A stretch of 64,000 nt of DNA from Octopus sinensis (taxonomy: Eukaryota). The DNA lies in contig NC_043008.1 in assembly GCF_006345805.1 (NCBI RefSeq), positions 52,948,001-53,012,000 on the forward strand, in the 5' to 3' direction. A program made the translations under genes and the position numbers. This document shows, in pieces, positions 1 through 12,314 of the stretch; within the stretch, counting starts at the first letter, position 1; every line of letters starts with the position of its first letter. The notes beneath the pieces are model-generated. The model saw only the letters and a program-made list of their open reading frames with translations, did not search any database and was not told the origin of the DNA.

Positions 1-1521
1 GTAGGTGTATAAGTATATTTTTACCACCTGTTGATACATATACGCAGACATGCCTAAATATTTACAGGGTACAGTGAATAAACTAAATAATGTAAGACCA
101 AAATTACATAAAAATATCCTGAAATACTAGAGTAAGTTTATTCAATAAATTTCCCACCCTTTAGTGCCGGTACCATGATAAAATGCCTCAAGTATGTTCT
201 ATAGTGACTGGTTTTAGGAATAGCATCCAGTCAAAATCTCCTGAACGGTGTCTCCTTGTTTAACTTGGTGAATGCTACCATAATCCTTTGCCTTCAGTTC
301 ATACAGGCATCACACACACACACCAAGTATCCGTCATAGAAATCTTTTGGCGAAGGAATACCAGTATTTTAATGTTCCCTCCGTTGGGGGAGGGCATACG
401 TGTGCGTACACATGCAGGTTATATAGAAGGCATTTACCCATGTGCCATGTAGCGGGACTGAACCCGGAACCATGTAGTTGGGAAGCCAGCTTCTAACCAC
501 AGCAACGCCTATATTCCGTTTATAGCTAGATTATATCGTAGGATCGACCTAAGCCTTCTCAGTAGATGGAATTTGAATTTAGACCATACTCATACGCGTG
601 CATGTGTTGCAGACATCATTTCAATGTTTCTCCCTATTGTATTGATGGGCCATTTTCTAATAGAGAAGGATTTGACATGAGTATGCTAGTCCAGATATAT
701 ATTAACCCCACAGAATCTCCGTCTATTAAGCTTACACCGATAACTACTAGCGAACTTTTTTTTAAAACTATGTAGACCATTTTGGTACTTGTATCGCAGA
801 GTGGTCCCGGTTTGCGCACCTATAATTTTTACAAAATTTAGTTTTTATAAATAAAAATTTTCCAAAAAAAAATGTAGAATTTTTTTGTTACAAATTAAAT
901 ATCTCACGAAAATACAAGAGGTAGAATGCCTCAGGAGAGGTGGGTTTTTGGAGGTGCTTTTAGTCTTCGTACCTAACCGTTCCCCTGAAACTTTTACCCC
1001 TCTATCTAAAAATTTTGTTTGGTGGCATTTTCGAACGAATTGCAAGAACTGATATTTGCGTAAAAAAATTATATACATTTCCTTTTTAGAAAAAATCCCG
1101 TTTGTTTATAAAAATTAATTTATCGACTAACTAGCGGAGGGAAATTTAGTCTAAAAAAAAAAAAATATATATATGAAGCGGGAAAATGATTTCATGATAG
1201 CGGTTAAAAGCAGATTTTTAATAGTTCGTTCTGTAAGAAAATTCACCGGCAGGAAATTGCTCATACAGCATACTGTATAAAAATGTTTGCTTCGCAATTA
1301 AATCTGCAAAAGCTTTACTGAGCAATACATGCTGACAGTTACTATCTTCTAGCGGGAAAGCGAATAAAAGTAGGACTCCCAGGCAACGAATTATTAGCCG
1401 GGGAACAAAAGTTGCTAGGGTACTTCACTCATAGCATAGAAATATTTTGTACCCATAAATAAAGCTGTAATAAGTCGAAAATATCCACAAGCAGCGAGAA
1501 GACATTCCTGAAGAAAATATG

Positions 1522-1537
1522 GGCCCTGAAAAGGGCC
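1522..1537 (-). terminator. Histone 3' stem-loop of H3
   Basis: Minus strand reads GGCCCT-TTTC-AGGGCC (6-bp stem, 4-nt loop) 26 nt after the H3 stop, preceded by AACAAC. Confidence 0.97.
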
Positions 1538-1563
1538 GTTGTTGAAATATAGCAAAGTCTCAT

Positions 1564-2484
<921 letters not shown>

Positions 2485-2522
2485 TTTTCATCTCCAACTG
2501 CTGTTACGCTATTGACAAAACC

Positions 2523-2538
2523 GGCCCTTTTAAGGGCC
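2523..2538 (+). terminator. Histone 3' stem-loop of H4
   Basis: GGCCCT-TTTA-AGGGCC preceded by AAAACC, 38 nt after the stop. Confidence 0.97.
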
Positions 2539-2929
2539 ATAAAAATTTGCACGTAAGCCATCTCGTTGATTTACAAATATGCGTCACTAACCCGCTGTCT
2601 TAATATTTTGTTCTTCAAATTTTACTCAGTGACTTAGCGGAGGTAAAAAATATGTATACCACCCGTTTTCGGCGTAAAAAAAACGAAAAAACCTTTGCAT
2701 TGAACAGATTTATTTCTGTGGCTGTTTGTGTCGGGTTGTTTATTTGGCCACAAAACCAGAATATAAATTTCTCATCGTGGGTTTGTCTTAACGTTTATAT
2801 TATAGCATTGAGCTAAATTATTCCTAGTTACTTCCTTAAAGCACTCCTTTATTTCTAAAGGAAAATTTTTCTCTTTTTTTTTTTTTAGTGTATTTTGACA
2901 CCAGTGAGTGAATTACAACTACTTCCCCT

Positions 2930-3662
2930 CCCCCCACCCCGACTTTTCGTGTTTATATATCATGTAGATTCCCAGTCCACTTTAATTTGTTTTAGCTTTC
3001 AAGAAAATGGATATTTTTTAATGAAATTCTCGACAAATACACAGTAATTTTGGGAAAACAATTAGGGACTATTTCTGAGAACCGTTCCCCACTGGCGGGT
3101 GTTTCTGAACAAGTCCATATTTTAAATTTTCTCCGTTTTGTGCGTTTGTGCACCCGTACATTTCTATCAGACACGTAATTGAAAAAGTTCGTGTATATTC
3201 TGGTGTCTGCCTTTCTATTATAAACATTAAACTGGGAATTTACTTCAAATAAAAAAAAATCGTATTCAATAGATAAGCCGTCTTAATACCGAACCATTTG
3301 CTGTTATTTTTAGTATGAGTTTTCTGGTGAGGGCTTCATTTCCTGTTAGTCGCTGAAGTAATCTACGGGGGCATAAACGGGAGAAAATGAAACGTGCACT
3401 TGTTCCGAAACACCCTTGAGTGGGGAGCAATTCTCAAAGATGGCCCCCAACTGTTTTCCACCCCAATTCCTATGTCCTCGTTATCTGCATAGTCTGAGGT
3501 ATAATTGTAGAAAATATCGAAAAATATCCATTTTCTTGAAAGCTTCCTCCCTCCCCAAATTTTGTATATTCGGAATATATATATATGATGTAACACATTC
3601 GTAAAAGATTTCATATAAAAATATCCATTTTTCTGTAAGTTATCCAAAGTCGGGGGTCGGGG
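2930..3662. mobile_element. Degenerate long-inverted-repeat (foldback/MITE-like) element
   Basis: 2994-3018 is the exact reverse complement of 3520-3544 (25 bp); about 3045-3140 matches 3372-3468 inverted at roughly 75-80%; ends CCCCGACTTT / AAAGTCGGGG. Confidence 0.6.
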
Positions 3663-3844
3663 CAAAATTTATAATTATGCCATTGATCTGTTGGAATCAG
3701 GAATAACTTGTAATCCCGATTTCCCCGTCCAGACGTAATGTAGGATTGCGTTAGTATAGATTCTTTTCGGCGGTGGTGGACATAAGCCCTCACTCAATAC
3801 TTTTAGCTCTTTGTTTTTTAGAACGTGGAACCAAATTATTCAAA

Positions 3845-4070
3845 AGGATCTTTACCTTTTGACGTACAGATTTAAAAATAATTTTTTGTAACTAAATACT
3901 TTAAAATTTCGGACACTGGTAGAATGTGTCATAAAACCTGTTTTACTCTTAGCATTTTTGAGAAAAACTTATTTACGAAGTAATTTCAACCAATCAATGG
4001 CTTATTCACTTCCGGCGGTGTATTTTTCGTTTATCACTGTTATTTGTGACAACCTTAAAGCTAAAACCTG
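3845..4070. mobile_element. Non-autonomous DNA element, same family as 22424-22649
   Basis: Starts GGATCTTTACCTTTTGA like the 22424 TIR and shares ACTGGTAGAATGTGTCA with the reverse complement of the 22424 element interior. Confidence 0.45.
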
Positions 4071-4439
4071 TACAAACGCACGAACAATCAAGAGGGTGGT
4101 TGCTGGAAGACCCTATGTCTAAGAACAGGATTCTGCAACATGCCGGGGCTAGAGAAAATGTCTGTCAGAGTGCGTATTCAACAAGAGATGGATGCGTGTT
4201 GCACGGATGCTAGGTGTGAAAGACCTTGCATGATAACTTGCCAAAAGGTCTTAAAATAACAGGGCTCGGAGGGTCGGCTATCCCGTTTTCTTATTTAAAA
4301 AAATTTTTTTTTTTTACTTCATATGTCCCTTTTTGTTCGTTTGTTCTTGTAACTAATTCGATTTCATTGTAAATAATTCCATTTCATCCACATGACCCCA
4401 TATCAAGTATTGTCCCCATCTGTGTAAACCTTTATGGGT

Positions 4440-4730
4440 AATAAAGAAATTTCTGCACCATGCCACACAAGCAGGAGAACCCAGTCATGGCCATCAGACA
4501 ATTTCTGTGACCACATCACCCCTAACTCCCCAGACTGCAACCACCTTAATTATGTGTGAGGCGCAGTTGAGAGACCAACAAGCATCCTTTTATACCAAAG
4601 ATAAACTGAAGGCAATGATTATGGCACTATTGACCAACTTAAATAAGGAGAACGCCCAGAGTTGCAGGAGATTCTGAAGTCATCTGGAGGCCGTGGTTCA
4701 AGCGAAAGGCGATTTTATTGAATAAATTTA
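4440..4730 (+). mobile_element. Tc1/mariner transposase C-terminal remnant
   Basis: Frameshifted translation SAPCHTSRRTQSW..NFCDHITPNSPDCNHLNY..GAVER...RRF.SHLEAVVQAKGDFIE* matches DxAPxH / WPPNSPDxNPxD / RLEAVVxAxG motifs. Confidence 0.75.
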
Positions 4731-5063
4731 TACTTCAGTATTTCAAGATATTTTATGTAATTTTTGTAAATCTGTTAAAATGAGATGTCGGTGTTATTTC
4801 CAATTTTGAAAATTGCTGCCCTTGTGGGGGAAATTTGAAACTATTACTAGTACTGTTCTGAAGTTGCTGTTCATGTTGCAAAATTTGATACGGTTACCTT
4901 TACTGCTATGAAGTGGCGGCTCCAGTGGCAAAATGTGAGGTTGTCACTAGTGTTATGGAACTGCCAGCCCTGTGGCAAAATCTGCGACTAATGTAGTGTT
5001 ATGGAAGGGCTGCGACTGGTAATGAAGTGCTATGGATTGGGACTGCCCCTCTGACGAAATTTT

Positions 5064-5575
5064 CAAAGGATTTTGATGAAAGTCTTGAAAAACTATTCAA
5101 AGGATTTATAGACTATATAGGTATCCCTGGACCTATATAGCCTACACAGGCACCCCTGCACCTCTATAGCCTATATGGGCCTAGCAACTCCTGTGCCTAT
5201 ATAGGATTTTGGTGAATATTTTGAAAAACTATATAGGCACACTTGGGTCTATATAGCAACACCTGCACCTATATAGATTCTGGTGCACATTTAAAAAAAA
5301 TTTTCAAAGGTATTTGATTAAAATTTTGAAAAACATTTCAAAGGATTTTGAAATGCTTTTTAAAATTTTCATCAAAATTCTATATAGAGGCAGGAGTTGT
5401 TATATTGGCGCATTGTTGCCTATTTAGGCCATATAGGCCCAGGAGTGCCTATATAGGCTATACATTTTTTCAAAATTTTTATGAAAATCCTTTGAAAAGT
5501 TTTTCAAAAAGATCTTTTGAAAATTTTTCAATTTTTATCAAAATCTCTTGAAAAGATTTTCATCAAAATCCTTTG
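5064..5575. mobile_element. Foldback-like element with internally repetitive inverted arms
   Basis: Perfect 18-bp terminal IR CAAAGGATTTTGATGAAA (5064-5081 / 5558-5575). CTATATAGG- and TTTCAAAGG-type subrepeats point inward from both arms. Confidence 0.6.
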
Positions 5576-6149
5576 GAATGTTTTAAAACTTTCATAAAAA
5601 AAAACTGCGAATCCCTAACATGTCATGGATTGGGTCTGCTCTTTTGGCAAATCCATGTCAACAACAAATAAGATGAAAATTAAAGAACAGCATCAAAAGA
5701 TTTGTTCTGAGAATAAAGAACGAATGAGTTGCCAATATCTTTACATTGATCATCCCCCCCCCTCCCATCACTGAGACACCAAATTATCTCTCCACCTCCA
5801 CCACTACCATTACCATACATCTCTCAATTTCCTAGTCCACCCCTCTCGCCTCTTTCTTTCTCACTCCTGCAATCTACTCAACTGCCTACCATTTCTCTCT
5901 CATCCTTCCTCCATCTACCACTGTATCATCATCATTATCCTGCTGCTAAAGATGGTGAGCTGGCAGAATTGTTAATATGCTGGTATTTCATGTCATTAGG
6001 TTCCAGGGTCGACTTTGCCTTTGTGTATGTGTGTAGGGGGATCAATGCAATCGACCCACCCCCTGCTCAAAAGTTGCTGGCCTTGTGCCAAAATTTGAAA
6101 CCAGTTATTATCCCTGCACCACTTTTCTTCTGTAAGCCTCTACCTCCCC

Positions 6150-6400
6150 CAGGTCATGCATCATTGCTCACACCCCCACCATTCGATCGAAGGAGAGGAG
6201 CTTTCTCCGTCCGGGTTGCGGATCCGTGGAACAAGCTGCCAGACGAGATGGTGAAGATGCCGACGACCGCTTTGTTCAAAGTCTCCCTTGACCTCAAGTG
6301 GCCTGAACTCTTTACATGAACACCACTCTGTACTTAACTCCATGTCCCCCTACATGGCCTTGCTTTTTGCTTTTGAGCCAAAATTAACTAACATTCATTA
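6150..6400 (+). mobile_element. CR1/L2-type LINE 3' fragment
   Basis: Translation RRGAFSVRVADPWNKLPDEMV...LFKVSLD matches the FFSxRVVxxWNxLP ORF2 C-terminal motif; stop at 6317-6319. Confidence 0.75.
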
Positions 6401-6559
6401 CCTCCACCCTTCAACCCAACCAAATCTCAACTCTTTGTTGCCTACCCACCCTTGTCCCCTTCTCTCTCTTTCTCTCCCACTCATGAGTAATATGCAATAA
6501 TATACATATGGAAAACCCTAGAAGGGCTGGTACCTAACTTTGGCATTGAGTGTTATACA

Positions 6560-6940
6560 AATGGCAGAACTGGCTGCCATTGTATTGTACCAAAGGTACC
6601 GTCCACTCCATCTAAATTCAGGACCAGGTACTGCAATAGTCTAGGGTTTAAAGGACCACAACCCTTCAGTGGCCAACCACAATTAAGAAATCTGCATAAG
6701 GTGGAAGTAGATGTCTTCAAAAAGGAACTAGACATCCTCCTTTTCACAATACTGGATGAAGCGACAGCCTGACATGAAGTACAGACGAGGGCAGTTGGAC
6801 CAAACTCCCTTATACACCAAACAGCTGAGACAAAGGCACATACAAGAGTGGTGATGTGAAATACCCAGACTGAGGAAGTCAGAAAGACCATTGTGGTGCT
6901 CCAGCATGACCATGCCTGCATGGCTGAATAGTGTAATAGA
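6560..6940 (+). mobile_element. CR1/L2-type LINE 3' fragment (second family)
   Basis: HCIVPKVP..FRTRYCNSLGFKGPQ...LRNLHKVEVDVFKKELD...RAVGPNSL resembles the same ORF2 C-terminus as 60048-60580. Confidence 0.6.
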
Positions 6941-6967
6941 GTAAAATATATGTGTGTGAGTATATAT

Positions 6968-7326
6968 AGGCGCTAGAGTGGCTGTGTGGTAGGTAAGTAG
7001 CTTGCTTACGAACCACATGTTTCCGGGTTCATTCCCACTGCGTGGCACCTTGGGCAAGTGTCTTCTACTATAGCTTTGAGCCGACCAAAGCCTTGAGTGG
7101 ATTTGGTAGACGGAAACTGAAAGAAGCCCGTCGTATATATACATATATATACGTATACATATATATACATATGTATGTGTGTCCGTCCCCCCCCCCAACA
7201 TCGCTTGACAAGCGATGGTGGTGTGTTTACGTCCCCGTAACATAGCGGTTCGGCAAAAGAGAGCGATAGAATAAGTAATAGGCTTCCAAAGAATAAGTCC
7301 TGGGGTGCTTCAGCATGGCCGCAGTA
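6968..7326 (+). mobile_element. tRNA-derived SINE family A
   Basis: Head GAGTGGCTGTGTGGTAAGTAGCTTGCT...GGGTTCA(G/T)TCCCACTGCGTGGCACCTTGGGCAAGTG, internal (TA)n(TG)n, tail AGAATAAGTCCTGGGG. Many near-identical copies in the window. Confidence 0.85.
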
Positions 7327-7433
7327 AGAAATCTTTGCAGAAAGGTGAGTAGATAGATTACACTATGTTATCGCAGTTTTGTGAGATTTGGCTGTTATTT
7401 CTAGCATGTGGATAACCTGCTAGGTCTGAGGGC

Positions 7434-7464
<31 letters not shown>

Positions 7465-8764
7465 TTTATATAAGGATAAGATCGTTATTTAAAATACCGA
7501 TCAAGTGGCTAGCATGGGAATAAAAACCTCATAAGTATAATTATTCTGGTTTTTTTTCGTTCGTTTCTCCTTGTGTTCAACGTTCTTTTGATATACTGTA
7601 CCCATATGCATATATATATATATATACACATATGTAGGTATGTACATATACGTATGTATATATATATATTATTTTATATTTTCTGAAAAATTGAAACTTT
7701 ACAAACCAATCTTTTTCAGAATAGTAATCTTATTTTTCTACGTATTTCGGGAAAAAAAAATCAATATATATCCATTTTACCCGAAGTTATGACAGAAAAA
7801 TCAGAACTTGTGAATTTTCCGCAAGTCCTTACCCACCCCCTAGGGTCGTCAGCGTGCATTTTCTTCCATATTCGTTTTTCACACACTTAAATACCCTCAA
7901 GCTGGTTTTATTTGTTTTTGGTCCCGCGCGAAGGTCTTTATATTGAGCGGCTGCTATTTCTAGCAAGTTTCGTGGTCATACCTAATAACTTGTGTAATTA
8001 AAATTTTTATTTCAAGTATGACGAGTCAAGAACGGTGTAATGAATTAGAAGCGTGTGGGATAATTTCCTAACTGTGGTGAAATAATTGTGCATTTTCTGT
8101 GTTCAGTTGTGATAATTGCGTTCTTCCGGGTTAAATTTTTATGCTAGGCTTTGAATGCATGTAAAGATATGTACGCGAAAACTATGCATGTTCCCCTGAC
8201 GAGACTCGAACGTCCTAACAGCCTTTCATTACATGATGCAGTTCCAAGAACATCAGGCTATTTGGTTACTGACCTGGGGTGTTATTTGACCCCAGGTCAG
8301 TTGTAACCTAACTTCAGTGGGCGCTCTCCACTCGTTAAAAAACTGCGGCAATTCGTTCTGCAGTATTCTGTGCAAAATGATTAAGGTGATGACAGTTGTG
8401 AAAAATCCTTCGGAAGCGGTTTATTTTAGAGTGTACAACACGATATCAGACCTAGGAATCTCCTTGTTTCGAATATTTCCATATCTCGATATAATCAGAA
8501 CCTATGCTGACAGACTGTTTATTTACTTAGAATCATTTACCTAAATCGGGGTGGGGCCCCACAATATATGGCCAATTTACTAACCCGAAATCTTGCTTTA
8601 CAAATTTTCATTCTATGCCCTCAGACAAAAAAAAAACGTCTCCTAGGAAAGGCATAAAATTTCTTTCGAATTTCGGTATTGTGGAAAACACTGCAACTGA
8701 CTAAAAATTTCATAAAAATCGCAAGTACAGACAATCAACTAAAAGACTTCGTATATAATGTAGG

Positions 8765-8780
8765 GGCCCTGAAAAGGGCC
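8765..8780 (-). terminator. Histone 3' stem-loop of H2A
   Basis: Minus strand GGCCCT-TTTC-AGGGCC preceded by CCAAAC, 34 nt after the stop. Confidence 0.97.
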
Positions 8781-8814
8781 GTTTGGTAAACTGAACGCCT
8801 CGACAAAATGACGC

Positions 8815-9192
8815 TTATTTTGAAGGCTTCTGGGTCTTCTTGGGGAGAAGAACAGCCTGAATGTTGGGAAGAACACCACCCTGGGCAATGGTGACTCCTG
8901 ACAAAAATTTATTCAACTCTTCGTCATTACGGATGGCCAACTGTAAGTGACGGGGAATAATTCTGGATTTCTTGTTGTCTCTGGCAGCATTTCCTGCCAA
9001 TTCCAGCACTTCGGCAGCTAAATATTCCATTACAGCAGCCAAGTATACCGGAGCTCCGGCACCAACACGTTGGGCATAGTTACCCTTACGGAGAAGACGG
9101 TGGATACGGCCGACAGGGAACTGCAGTCCGGCACGAGATGAGCGAGTCTTGCTCTTTCCTTTCACCTTACCTCCTTTACCACGTCCAGTCAT
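8815..9192 (-). CDS. H2A: Histone H2A, intronless
   Basis: 125 aa with [14 protein letters not shown]-type N-terminus ([14 protein letters not shown]), [10 protein letters not shown] and [20 protein letters not shown]; no SQ(E/D) H2A.X tail; 3' stem-loop present. Confidence 0.99.
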   Translation of the reverse strand: MTGRGKGGKVKGKSKTRSSRAGLQFPVGRIHRLLRKGNYAQRVGAGAPVYLAAVMEYLAAEVLELAGNAARDNKKSRIIPRHLQLAIRNDEELNKFLSGVTIAQGGVLPNIQAVLLPKKTQKPSK

Positions 9193-9460
9193 AATTGCAG
9201 AGAGTAACTAATCAACAGTCAAACAGCAAATGTGATTCTCATTGACGGCTTTTCGGGTTTAAATACTATTCAAGTAGGCTCCAGCAGTCACCAGAATAGA
9301 AGTGAAAATGCGCGGGTTTTTATCACGTGGTTTGGCCATTCGTTAATTTAACCAATGAAAATCGAGAGTATAAATCTTCAACAAGAAGCTGCTGTGAGCC
9401 TACTTTCAACTATAAATAGAATAGCTGCCGCGCTGATTAACCAAGCTCGCTGTTTTCATT
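9193..9460. promoter_or_regulatory. Bidirectional H2A/H2B promoter
   Basis: 268-bp divergent intergenic. TATTTAAA on minus at 9258-9265, CACGTG at 9324-9329, CCAAT at 9352-9356, TATAAAT at 9369-9375 and 9411-9417. Confidence 0.75.
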
Positions 9461-9838
9461 ATGCCTCCAGCACCTGCCACCGCTTCGAAAGGAGCCAAGA
9501 AAGCTTCTAAGGCTAAGGCCTCTCGTCCTACTGGTGATAAGAAGCGCAAGAAGAAGAGGAAGGAAAGCTACTCCATCTACATCTACAAAGTGATGAAGCA
9601 AGTCCATCCGGATACTGGCATCTCCAGCAAAGCTATGTCCATTATGAACAGTTTCGTCAACGATCTGTTCGAAAGAATAGCTTCAGAAGCCAGCCGTTTG
9701 GCTCACTACAACAAACGATCGACCATCAGTAGCCGTGAGGTACAGACTGCTGTCCGTCTCCTACTCCCTGGTGAGTTGGCCAAGCATGCCGTGTCCGAGG
9801 GCACCAAGGCTGTCACTAAATACACCAGCAGCAAGTAA
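9461..9838 (+). CDS. H2B: Histone H2B, intronless
   Basis: 125 aa with [27 protein letters not shown] and [21 protein letters not shown]; 3' stem-loop present. Confidence 0.99.
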   Translation: MPPAPATASKGAKKASKAKASRPTGDKKRKKKRKESYSIYIYKVMKQVHPDTGISSKAMSIMNSFVNDLFERIASEASRLAHYNKRSTISSREVQTAVRLLLPGELAKHAVSEGTKAVTKYTSSK

Positions 9839-9866
9839 ACCAACGGACTATGTCCATCGAATAACC

Positions 9867-9882
9867 GGTCCTTTTCAGGACC
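9867..9882 (+). terminator. Histone 3' stem-loop of H2B
   Basis: GGTCCT-TTTC-AGGACC preceded by AATAACC. Confidence 0.97.
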
Positions 9883-10677
9883 ATCCATTTTCTACTGATA
9901 GTAATTTCAATCTATCGATATGCGCTTTAGATTTCTCTTCATCATAAATAATAACACTAAAGCGAATTTGGATTTTATTGTCTTCCTCGTTGTGGATGTT
10001 TCACTCTGAGTTTGTTATATACTAACGTTTCTTCCCATAAACATTGTAAGTCTTGCTGAGATGGACTCCTTCCTTATGTTTTAAGAAAATCATAAATGAA
10101 AAAAAAAAGACATTTGAATTATCGTGTGGTGCAGAATTTCGCTCAGTTCCCTTCTTCAACCTCACTTGAACAGACATTGACGCATTTCATATAAATTTTT
10201 TCCCCGACCCTTGTCATCGTAATCCGTTGATGAGCAAAAATGGATCAGATTTAATGTATTACAAGCGGTGTCTCTCACCAAATTTCCGATATAATTGTAA
10301 TCTGCATCTGAACAGTATTTGTATTAAATCTCATTAAAGAAATACTCTTCTGGGGCACGAAGTGTTTGATGCTAAAACGGAAAAATTCCGATTCCCAAAG
10401 TCCGCCTTAATTTCCTTCTTACCCGTCCGCCTTTTTGATAATTACATAAACAGGTACCGCAAAAGTAGGTATACACTATACAATTTATTTTAGTATAATT
10501 AATTTCGTAAATGATCGAACTGGTTTCCATTAAACTGCAACATTCCTTAAACCTGTTTGGTATTATTTTCTATTTTATTTTATACTGAGACTTGTAGTGT
10601 TTCATTTTTCTGTTAAATTGTAACGTATCTACCTACTTTTTGGGGCCACTCTGTAATTATATACATATACACGTGGG

Positions 10678-11685
10678 GTGGACCGCACCCCCTTTTGTAT
10701 TTTTTTCTTCTTTTTACTGAATCCCCCATTTTCCAGTACAGAGATTCTGATTATGAAAAACAATGGCATTTTAAAATTTCAATACCTCCCCCAATACTTC
10801 ACTTTTTTCAAGATTTATTTATTTATTTATTTTTTGGCGAAGTTTCGTATGCCTTTTTGGCGAAGTTTCGTATGTCGTAGATCAGATTTCCGTCGATTTC
10901 CGTAAAAAACTTTTATTTTTTTACATAAGTAATGAGAGCGAAAGAGACTAAGAGGAAGCGATTTTACGACGAGAAGGTTTCACTTTGAAATCGGCCTGTG
11001 TGCGTTTGATGGGGTGTGGGAGACAGACAGTATGTTGTGTAAGTGAAGTGCTTCTGTTAGTGTGTGTGAAGAGACAGAGAGAGTAATGTGTGAAAGAGAG
11101 AGATAACTGATTTTTTTACTCGGTGTATGTGTATATGTATGTATGCATGTATGTGTGTGTGTGTATGTATCTATGTATGTGTGTGTGTTTATGTATGTAT
11201 GTATGTATGTATGGCCGGCATAGACTTTTCACACAGAACATTACCAATCGGATTTTGTCACTTTTCCTTACACATTTTGTACTGTTCGTTCCTTTTGCTG
11301 CACAACACAATGTTTACACATGCATATATATACATGCTTGCACCCAGTTTCTGTGCACCTCTATAGTCTATTAACTTTTTTTTTCCTTTGAATGCAACTC
11401 TTTTCTCATGAGAAGAATATCTCCTCATTTTATAACTCTCCCATCTTTTTCTTACCATTTCACCATCGTCACATCAACAGAGACATTAAGGCTGCACAGT
11501 AGCAGTCGACAAGGCATGTATAACGATTAAATAAAAAAAATTTTGTCTATATCTTCGATCACTGTCATTATTCCATTGAGTCAACCTCATTATTTTCTAC
11601 ATAGCAGACTGTTACATAAACAGGCGCCGCAAGGTAATCTTTCGTTTTAATTCGAAATAATGTAAACACTGAATCGGCCATACAT

Positions 11686-11717
<32 letters not shown>

Positions 11718-12314
11718 GTACTTACACACACACACATACATGCAGACATACATATTCACATACACCGAGTAAAAAATTACGATGAATCGGCCATACATAC
11801 ATACATACATACATAAACACACACACATACATAGATACATACACACACACACACACATACATGCATACATACATATACACATACACCGAGTAAAAAAATC
11901 AGTTATCTCTCTCTTTCACCATTACTCTCTCTGTCTCTTCACACACACTAACAGAAGCACTTCACTTACACAACATACTGTCTGTCTCCCACACCCCATC
12001 AAACACACACAGGCCGATTTCAAAGAGAAACCATCTCGTCGTAAAATCGCTTCCTCTTAGTCTCTTTCGCTCTCATTACTTATGTAAAAAAATAAAAGTT
12101 TTTTACGGAAATCGACGGAAATCTGTGCTACTACAACCGAAACTATGCCTATTTTTTTTTTTTTGCGAAATGCGTAGAAAAATACGGAGATATTTTTCTC
12201 CTTATTTCGCGAAAACTTCTGAAAAGAGTGAAAATTGGAATTTTTTAGGTGGGGGGAATTAATTTTGGGATTCTGTAAAAAGAAAAAAAAAGACCAAAGG
12301 GGGTTGCGGTCTAC
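10678..12314. mobile_element. About 1.64-kb long-TIR (foldback-like) element
   Basis: Inner arms 10883-11217 and 11788-12125 are about 97% identical reverse complements; outer segments 10678-10732 and 12268-12314 also match in inverted orientation; 570-bp non-coding spacer. Confidence 0.75.

Noticed and set aside
834-1121. Possible inverted-repeat element left of H3
   Set aside because: Only short AT-rich inverted matches (834-853 vs 1103-1121); cannot be separated from compositional chance by eye.
8190-8220. Hammerhead- or tRNA-like CTGACGAGACTCGAACGTC
   Set aside because: GAAA is incomplete and stem I cannot pair; the reverse strand has a B-box-like GTTCGAGTC but no cloverleaf.
10225-10312. 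C/D-box snoRNA candidate (TGATGA...CTGA)
   Set aside because: Terminal stem is only 2 bp, there is no recognisable rRNA antisense element and no host-intron context.
11535-11555. U7 Sm-site-like AATTTTGTCTAT near the histone genes
   Set aside because: Imperfect match with no 3' hairpin.
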